A stretch of 11,666 bases of DNA, taken from NCBI GenBank assembly GCA_027340875.1, contig DAIENX010000064.1:1-11666 (forward strand). Reading direction: 5' to 3'. The translations under genes and the position numbers were made by a program. The stretch comes from Elusimicrobiota bacterium (GTDB taxonomy: Bacteria; Elusimicrobiota; Elusimicrobia; Elusimicrobiales; UBA9959). The notes beneath the pieces are model-generated. The model had not been told where the DNA came from. It made no database searches and worked only from the letters and a program-made list of their open reading frames with translations. This document shows, piece by piece, positions 5,092-11,666 of this stretch; the stretch's first letter is position 1; every line of letters begins with the position of its first letter.

Positions 5092-8000
5092 ATGTCTAAG
5101 GCTGCCGGATATTACGGAAGAGGGTGGCGGGCCGCTTTGCGGCCGCTGCTGCTGCTCTGCGCCGTGCTTTCGGCGTCGCCGGCCGCGGCCGATACCCGCA
5201 TCAAGACCGTGGAGTACAATTTCGGCGGCTACTATTCCAATACGGACAAGGCTTCGGGCTCGAAGACCACGTTCACCTCGCGCACCCTCAAGCTGCCGGA
5301 GAACGGGAAGGTCATACGCAGCGCCTGGCTGCATTACGAAGGCATAGCCGTCAGCGCCACCAACGTCAGCCCGCTGGTCATCTACTTCGACGCCGGCGCC
5401 GCCGCGAATACCGCCCGCTTTACCTCGGTCCAGTACACGGCCCAGTCCGGAGAGTCCATCCGGCTTTTCGCCAGGGCGGACGTCACGTCCGTCATTAACG
5501 CTCAGCTGGCCAACCTGGCCGCCGGGGCGCAGTTCACCGCCGGCGTGGCCATAACCGGCCCGGCCAGCAACATGCACAGCATGACGCTGTACGTCACCTA
5601 CGAGTACGACGACCAGTCCCCGCAGGAGGTTAAGACCGTCCGCTTCCCTGTTTATTCCGACTATGTCAACGGCATAGCGGCCTATACCGCCCAGCAGCCG
5701 GCCGGTACCAAAACAATGCAGTACCTGGCCGAGATAGCGGATTCCGGCTACAGCCTGCAGCAGCAGTGGGTGGAGTTGCGCGGCTTCAGGCAGTCCAACG
5801 GCGTCACCACCGACGGCACCATCTACGTCAATATAAACGGCGGCGCCAACGAGCCGACCATGAACATGGACGGCTCGCTTATCGATTCCTACGAATTCCG
5901 GTATCTCTCTAATTCCGACATCATGCCGGGCTTCTCTACAGGCACGGTGCAGAACCTGAACGTGGTCACCGTGCAGAGCCCCGTCAACACGCTTGGCGGC
6001 GAGGTGGTGCTGACCTATATAGCAAACTCCAACTCGGCCGTTAAGACCAAGACGGCCAAGACCTTCATAGGCCAGGGCCTGACCGCGGTCTCGAACGCGA
6101 TACTGGGCGCCCAGGTGTTCCTGCGCGAGGAGGGTATAACCATAAAGCGCGCCTACGCGCGCATAGTCGGGTCTTTCGATTCCACCACGAATACGGCGAT
6201 GCCGGTGGATTCCTCCATAGGCGGCGTCCTCATGCCGCAGCGCTCCTACGCGGTGCAGTCGCAGTTCGCGCAGATCTCCGGCTACCAGTTCTTCCACGAC
6301 ATGACCTCGGCGGCCCAGGCGGCCGGCTGGAGCAACGGCCTCCAGGTGGGAACTACCATTTACGCGGCCGGCAGCGCCACCGGCGCGCAGGGGATGGAAC
6401 TGATAATAACCTACGACTATACCAACGGCGCGGCGCACACGGACGACTACGAGGTGCTGGCCGGCAACGACACCAACGGCACCGTGCCCAGCGACACCTT
6501 CGCCTTCGGGGCCTGGTACCCTGAGACCGAGGGTTCTAAAACGCTGCGGGAGGCGTATACTTATACCGATTTCCTGAACAACCGCGGCACCACGCAGGAT
6601 TTCAACACCACGGTGGATTTCAACGGCAACGCCCCGGAGACGGTCTTTCACCGCACCACCACCGAGGACTGCACGGTAAACCAGTTCTACCAGAACCTGG
6701 TGCAGTTCAGCACCTTCCCCGCCGTGGTCACCGCCAACTACGCTCTCAGCTCCACGCGCGGCCTTATCGGCGGCCGCGCGGCCATAAACTACAGTTTCGT
6801 GCCCTTCCCCAAGCTGCCGGTGTCGCTCGTACAGAAGGCCAACGGCGCGGCCCTGGCGGCCGGAGCCTGGACCAACGCGCGGGAGCTGCGCTTCGAGGGC
6901 GTGCTGGCCAGCTCGATGAACGTGGACAATATCGCGCTGGTGGCGGAGGTGAAGCCGAACGCCTCTGTCTTCGACGAGAGCGCCCTTTCCACCGGCCCGG
7001 TCTTCAACTACAATACCGTGGCGGCCTCCAGTTACGCCGTGGTCTCGGGCCTGGTCTCCGGCACCGTCTATCATTGGCGGGCCGCCGGTTTCGGGGACGG
7101 CGGCCGCGGGCGCTGGGTGAACAGGGGCGGCAATCCGGACTTCGGCGTGGACTATTCCAGCCCGCCGGCGCCGGCCATGGCGGCCATAGTCCCGGCCGAC
7201 AGGGTGAACCTGAACGCCAGCCCTGCTCTGCTCGACTGGGAGGACGTGACGGACATTGACGGCTCGGGCCTGAAGAACTACGAGCTGCAGGTGGCCACTT
7301 CCTCGGACTTCACGACCGTCACCTACAGCTCGAGCCCCCTGGCCTCAATGGCGCAGCCCGCCGCTCTGGCCCAGAACTACTATTACTGGCGCGTGCGGGC
7401 GCTGGACAACGCGGGTAACACCGGTATATATTCCTCCACGCGCGCCTTCCGGGTGGACCTCTCGACGCCGGTCATAGCCTCCAACATGGGGACAGGCGAC
7501 CAGGTCTGGCGCAATACGAACAGCGGCCTCTACGACGTGGACTTCAACGACGACGGCGGCTCGCTGATCTCGAAGCTGCAGGTGCGCGCCACTTCGGGGC
7601 CAGCGCAGACCGGCACCGACTTTAGCGGCGGCTGGGTGGACCTGTCTCTGACGATAAATGCCACCTATTACGCCACCGACTGGGCCCTGCCCGCCGCCTT
7701 CTGGACCAGCCTGCAGAGCTGGACCACCAACTATATCTCGGTAAGGGCCATAGATTACTCCACCAACACGGCGACGCTGTCGGACGCTTTCAAGGTCTTC
7801 AAGGACACGGTACCTCCCGTGGTGACCAACGGCGAGGCCGGGGGGGACCTGACCTGGCGCAAGGCCGGCCGCAGCTACAACGTGGACTTCGCCGACCCTT
7901 ATTCTAAGCTGGCCGGGGCCGTCTACGCGGCCCGCGCGGCTGCCGGCGGCACTGGCGCGGTGCTCTTCTCCACCACGGCGCTGGCCGGCGTGGGCGGCGC

Positions 8001-11000
8001 TTCGTATACCGCGGACTGGTCGCTGAACTTTGCGGGACTGGGCGGTGACTCCACCAATTATATAACGGTGGAGGTCTACGACATAGCCGGCAACACCGCC
8101 ACGGTTACCGACGCCTTCAGGGTGCTCAAGGACACCACGCCGCCGTCCTATACCAACAACGTCGCCGGCGGGGACCTGACCTGGCGCAAGGCCGCCGGCA
8201 CCTCCTACGACTTCCGGTTCGCTGACTCCGCCGGCTCCTGGCTGAACGGCGCCGTCTACAGTGCCTGGACCGGGCCCGGCAACACCGGCGCGCTCAAAGT
8301 GTCCGCCGCTCCCGTTCCCGGCGTCTCCGGACCTTCTTACGTGACTCCCTGGCAGGTGGCTTTCGCCTCGCTGGCCGGAGACAGCACCAATTACATCACG
8401 GTGGAGTTCTATGACATGGCCGGGAACACCACCACCGTCACGGACGCTTTCAGGGTGCTCAAGGACACCACGGCGCCCTCGGTGCCTTCCCCGGTCTCTC
8501 CGGCGGACGGCTATAAGACCAACCTGGCGAACCTTTCATTCGACTGGGGCGATTCCTCCGACGGGGCGGGCTCGGGCGTCACTAACTACCTGCTGCAGCT
8601 GGCCACCGCCGCGGATTTCACCACTATCTCCTATGCCAGCCAGCCGGTCGTCTCGGAGGCCTTCGTTCCGCTGGCGGCGCAGAACACCTATTACTGGCGC
8701 GTGGCCTCCAGCGACACGGCCGGGAATTATTCCGGTTTCAGCGCTTACCGCTCGCTGCTGGTGGACCTGTCCACGCCCACGATAACGGATTCCCAGAGCG
8801 GAGACTCGAAGTGGCGCGATTCCAACAGCGGACTGTACAGCGTGTTCTTCGACGACGCCGGCGGTTCGCTGCTCTCGTACTTCCAGATAAAGGTCACCAG
8901 CGGGCCTTCCCAGACCGGCACCACGCTCTACGACTGGACCACCATCGCCTCCGGCATCAATTCCGCCTCTTATTCGTCGCAGTGGGCCCTGCCCGCGGCA
9001 GTATGGAACTCCATACCCAGCGGCACCACCGGCTACGTCAGCGCGCGCGCCTACGACAACGTGGGCAACTCCACCGCGTCCGCCAACGACCTGTTCTACG
9101 TGCTCAAGGACACGGTGCCGGCCACCATAACCGACTCGCAGGCCGGGGACGATACCTGGCGCAACTCCGGCCCGGGGGACATCTACAACGTCTCCTTCGC
9201 CGACACCGGCGGCTCGCTGCTTGACAGCATGCAGTACACGGCCTGGACCGGCCCCGGCCGCACCGGCACGAAGCGGCTGGACTGGACCTTCATCTCCTCC
9301 GGCCCCGCCGGCGTCCCGTCCTACGCCGCGCCGTGGGGCGTCTCCGTCTCCTCCTGGCCCGCCCTGGCCGAGGGCTATAACTACATCTCCGTGCGGGTCT
9401 GGGACGTGGCCGGCACCACCACCTCCCTCGACGACGTTTTCTACGTGCTGAAGGACACCACCGCGCCCTCCGCCCAGAACGGCATGGCCGGCGGGGACGC
9501 TCTGTGGCAGAAGGACCCCGGCAAGCTCTACAACGTGGACTTCTACGACACCGGCGGCTCGCTGCTGAACTCGATAGAATACTCGGTCTGGTCGGAGCCT
9601 GGGCAGAAGGGCACGCAGCGCAAGACCTGGAGCCCCATAGTCACCGCGCCGCTGGGCGCGGCCTCGTATGTTTCCGACTGGCCGGTGGACTTCACCTCCC
9701 TGGCCGAGGGCGCGGCCACCAACTATATCTCGCTGCGGTTCACGGACCTCGCCGGCAATTCCTCCACCTACGCCGACGCCTTCTATGTCAGCAAGGACAA
9801 GACGCTGCCGGTCATAGTGGACAACCAGTTCGGGGACGATTCCTGGCGCAGTTCCTCCGGCACGGCCTACGACGTGGGCTTCGCGGACGCCGGCGGCTCG
9901 CTGCTCTCGAGCTTCGAGCTGAAGATAACGACCGGCCCCGCCCTGACGGGAACGCTGGTGCAGGACTGGACCGCGCAGCAGTCCGCCATAAATTCGGCCT
10001 CCTACCCGGCGGGCTGGAAGCTCGCGCAGGCGCAGTGGGCCGCGCTGCCGGCCGGCATCTCCTACGTTTCGGCCCGCGTCACGGACAACGCAGGCAACCA
10101 GCAGGCGAACAACGACGTCTTCTACGTCCTGAAGGACACCTCGCCGCCGTCCATAGCGGACAACCAGCCCGGGGACTCCTCCTGGCGCGCCGTCTCCGGC
10201 CTCTATAACGTGGACTTCGCCGACGAGGGAGGCTCGCTGCTCTCCGGCTTCCAGGTGAAGGCGACTACCGGCCCGGGGCAGACCGGGACGCTGGCGGCCG
10301 ACTGGACCGACGCCGCGACCGGCATTAACGCGGCCTCCTATGCCGCCGACTGGCAGCTGCCCTCCGCCTTCTGGAACCTGCTGCCGTCCGGCACCAGCTA
10401 TATCTCGGTACGGGTGTTCGACCATGCAGGCTCCACTGTCTCGCTTACCGACGCCTTCTACGTGCTTAAGGACACTTCCGCCCCCGTTATAGCCAACGGC
10501 CAGGCCGGCGACGACGCCTGGCGCCGCTTCGGCGGCACCGCCTACAGCGTGGGCTTCGGCGACGCCGGCGCCGGCCTCGCTTCGGCGGCCTACGAAGCCT
10601 GGACCGGGCCCGGGCTCACCGGCGTCAACGCGGTCCCGCTGACGGCCATCCCCGGCGTTTCAGGAGCGGCCTACTCCACGCCCTGGAGCGTCGACTTCAG
10701 CCTGCTGGCGCAGGGCACCAACTACATCAGCGTCACGGTCACCGACCAGCTGGGCCATTCCGCCGCGCTGCAGGACGCCTTCCGCGTGCTGAAGGACAAC
10801 GGCTCGCCGGTCATCACCGACAACCAGGCCGGGGACGACGTCTGGCGCGGGACGGGCGGCACCCTGTACAACGTGGATTTCGGGGACCTCACCTCCGGCC
10901 TGACCACCGCGCAGTACCGCATGACATCCCTGCCGGCCCAGGGCGGCACGGTACTCAAGGACTGGACCGACATAGTCTCCTCCCCCGGAGGCCTTTCCTC

Positions 11001-11666
11001 CTACACTGCGGACTGGCCCGTAGATTTCGCGGCCATACCCAGCGGTACCACCGGTTACGTCAGCGTGCGCATCTATGACAATGCCGGCAATCCGGCGCAG
11101 GTGAACGACGCTTTCCACGTTCTCAAGGACACCGTCCCGCCTTACATGGTCATAGTCAGCACTCCGGCCGACGGCTACGGTCCCTACCTCGCCAACCCTG
11201 GCGCCGTCTTCGACGTGGACTTCTTCGACGCCGGCGGTTCCGGCATAGTCGCGCCGCAGTACCGCGTGACCGAAGGCCCCGGCGGTACCGGCGTTCTGGT
11301 CAAGGACTGGACCAATATCGCCACGCTCTCCGGAGCTACGTATTACACGCAGAACTGGGGGGCGGACTTCTATTCGCTCTCCCAGCTGCCGGCCACCAAC
11401 TACTTCTCGCTGCGCGTGACCGACCTGGCCGGCGGCACCTCGGACTACGCGGACGCCTTCAAGCTCTTCCGCTCCAGCTTCCCTATGGGACTCGCCATCA
11501 ACCAGGCCGGCGACGCCGTCTGGCGCACCGCCAATAACGGGACTTACAACGTGGACTTCTTCAGCAACAACGCCGCGCTGAACCTCAGCTCCTTCTCGGT
11601 GCAGGCCTGGACGCAGCCCGGCCGCACCGGCGAGCTCAGCGCGGACTGGGCCAAGGTGCTGGACAT
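5092..11666 (+). CDS. Giant secreted/surface protein with FnIII-like and tandem Ig-like repeats, >2190 aa, 3'-truncated (not in ORF track)
   Basis: Frame +1 reads open from ATG 5092 to the window end. It has a Sec signal peptide (MSKAAGYYGRGWRAALRPLLLLCAVLSASPAAA|DTRIK), a Thr/Ser/Gly/Ala/Asp/Trp-rich composition, YYWRV FnIII-like motifs and recurring DxAGN...DAFxVLKDTxxP units. Confidence 0.93.
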   Translation, partial: MSKAAGYYGRGWRAALRPLLLLCAVLSASPAAADTRIKTVEYNFGGYYSNTDKASGSKTTFTSRTLKLPENGKVIRSAWLHYEGIAVSATNVSPLVIYFDAGAAANTARFTSVQYTAQSGESIRLFARADVTSVINAQLANLAAGAQFTAGVAITGPASNMHSMTLYVTYEYDDQSPQEVKTVRFPVYSDYVNGIAAYTAQQPAGTKTMQYLAEIADSGYSLQQQWVELRGFRQSNGVTTDGTIYVNINGGANEPTMNMDGSLIDSYEFRYLSNSDIMPGFSTGTVQNLNVVTVQSPVNTLGGEVVLTYIANSNSAVKTKTAKTFIGQGLTAVSNAILGAQVFLREEGITIKRAYARIVGSFDSTTNTAMPVDSSIGGVLMPQRSYAVQSQFAQISGYQFFHDMTSAAQAAGWSNGLQVGTTIYAAGSATGAQGMELIITYDYTNGAAHTDDYEVLAGNDTNGTVPSDTFAFGAWYPETEGSKTLREAYTYTDFLNNRGTTQDFNTTVDFNGNAPETVFHRTTTEDCTVNQFYQNLVQFSTFPAVVTANYALSSTRGLIGGRAAINYSFVPFPKLPVSLVQKANGAALAAGAWTNARELRFEGVLASSMNVDNIALVAEVKPNASVFDESALSTGPVFNYNTVAASSYAVVSGLVSGTVYHWRAAGFGDGGRGRWVNRGGNPDFGVDYSSPPAPAMAAIVPADRVNLNASPALLDWEDVTDIDGSGLKNYELQVATSSDFTTVTYSSSPLASMAQPAALAQNYYYWRVRALDNAGNTGIYSSTRAFRVDLSTPVIASNMGTGDQVWRNTNSGLYDVDFNDDGGSLISKLQVRATSGPAQTGTDFSGGWVDLSLTINATYYATDWALPAAFWTSLQSWTTNYISVRAIDYSTNTATLSDAFKVFKDTVPPVVTNGEAGGDLTWRKAGRSYNVDFADPYSKLAGAVYAARAAAGGTGAVLFSTTALAGVGGASYTADWSLNFAGLGGDSTNYITVEVYDIAGNTATVTDAFRVLKDTTPPSYTNNVAGGDLTWRKAAGTSYDFRFADSAGSWLNGAVYSAWTGPGNTGALKVSAAPVPGVSGPSYVTPWQVAFASLAGDSTNYITVEFYDMAGNTTTVTDAFRVLKDTTAPSVPSPVSPADGYKTNLANLSFDWGDSSDGAGSGVTNYLLQLATAADFTTISYASQPVVSEAFVPLAAQNTYYWRVASSDTAGNYSGFSAYRSLLVDLSTPTITDSQSGDSKWRDSNSGLYSVFFDDAGGSLLSYFQIKVTSGPSQTGTTLYDWTTIASGINSASYSSQWALPAAVWNSIPSGTTGYVSARAYDNVGNSTASANDLFYVLKDTVPATITDSQAGDDTWRNSGPGDIYNVSFADTGGSLLDSMQYTAWTGPGRTGTKRLDWTFISSGPAGVPSYAAPWGVSVSSWPALAEGYNYISVRVWDVAGTTTSLDDVFYVLKDTTAPSAQNGMAGGDALWQKDPGKLYNVDFYDTGGSLLNSIEYSVWSEPGQKGTQRKTWSPIVTAPLGAASYVSDWPVDFTSLAEGAATNYISLRFTDLAGNSSTYADAFYVSKDKTLPVIVDNQFGDDSWRSSSGTAYDVGFADAGGSLLSSFELKITTGPALTGTLVQDWTAQQSAINSASYPAGWKLAQAQWAALPAGISYVSARVTDNAGNQQANNDVFYVLKDTSPPSIADNQPGDSSWRAVSGLYNVDFADEGGSLLSGFQVKATTGPGQTGTLAADWTDAATGINAASYAADWQLPSAFWNLLPSGTSYISVRVFDHAGSTVSLTDAFYVLKDTSAPVIANGQAGDDAWRRFGGTAYSVGFGDAGAGLASAAYEAWTGPGLTGVNAVPLTAIPGVSGAAYSTPWSVDFSLLAQGTNYISVTVTDQLGHSAALQDAFRVLKDNGSPVITDNQAGDDVWRGTGGTLYNVDFGDLTSGLTTAQYRMTSLPAQGGTVLKDWTDIVSSPGGLSSYTADWPVDFAAIPSGTTGYVSVRIYDNAGNPAQVNDAFHVLKDTVPPYMVIVSTPADGYGPYLANPGAVFDVDFFDAGGSGIVAPQYRVTEGPGGTGVLVKDWTNIATLSGATYYTQNWGADFYSLSQLPATNYFSLRVTDLAGGTSDYADAFKLFRSSFPMGLAINQAGDAVWRTANNGTYNVDFFSNNAALNLSSFSVQAWTQPGRTGELSADWAKVLD
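7453..11666 (+). repeat. Array of ~108-115 aa Ig-like coding repeats (11 complete plus 1 partial) interrupted by one FnIII-like domain
   Basis: KD(T/K/N) boundary motifs occur at 7801, 8128, 8461, 9106, 9451, 9793, 10132, 10468, 10792 and 11125. Spacing is 324-345 nt, except 645 nt across the FnIII-like insert at ~8461-8763. Confidence 0.88.

Noticed and set aside
5083..11118. Long minus-strand ORFs (5083..7074, 8536..10425, 10660..11118) and short off-frame + ORFs
   Set aside because: All overlap the giant frame +1 ORF, which has a signal peptide and coherent repeats. These are shadow frames.
7453..11666. Periodic repeats as a CRISPR array or mobile element
   Set aside because: The repeats are in-frame, ~335-nt protein-coding units diverged at synonymous sites. 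No repeat-spacer structure, cas gene or transposase is present.

Overview
GC-rich bacterial window with all credible genes on the + strand, in three blocks. (1) Two tandem paralogous PilX-like (minor pilin-type) proteins, the first cut by the window start. (2) A tightly coupled putative RiPP cluster: HPr-kinase-like P-loop protein, stand-alone PqqD/RRE protein, a 44-aa Cys-containing precursor peptide missing from the ORF track (2983-3117, MKKKKYEKPSIKTEKVFEKAALACGKCTSGPISQLACKTLKKFS), a small S24/S26-type peptidase and a radical SAM/SPASM enzyme. (3) A near-consensus sigma70 promoter and a highly structured leader, then an Rrf2-family regulator and a giant secreted repeat protein (>2190 aa, 5092 to beyond the window end), also missing from the ORF track because it has no stop codon in the window. 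The RiPP cluster is the most interesting element. All family assignments come from motifs recognised by eye; no database searches were run.
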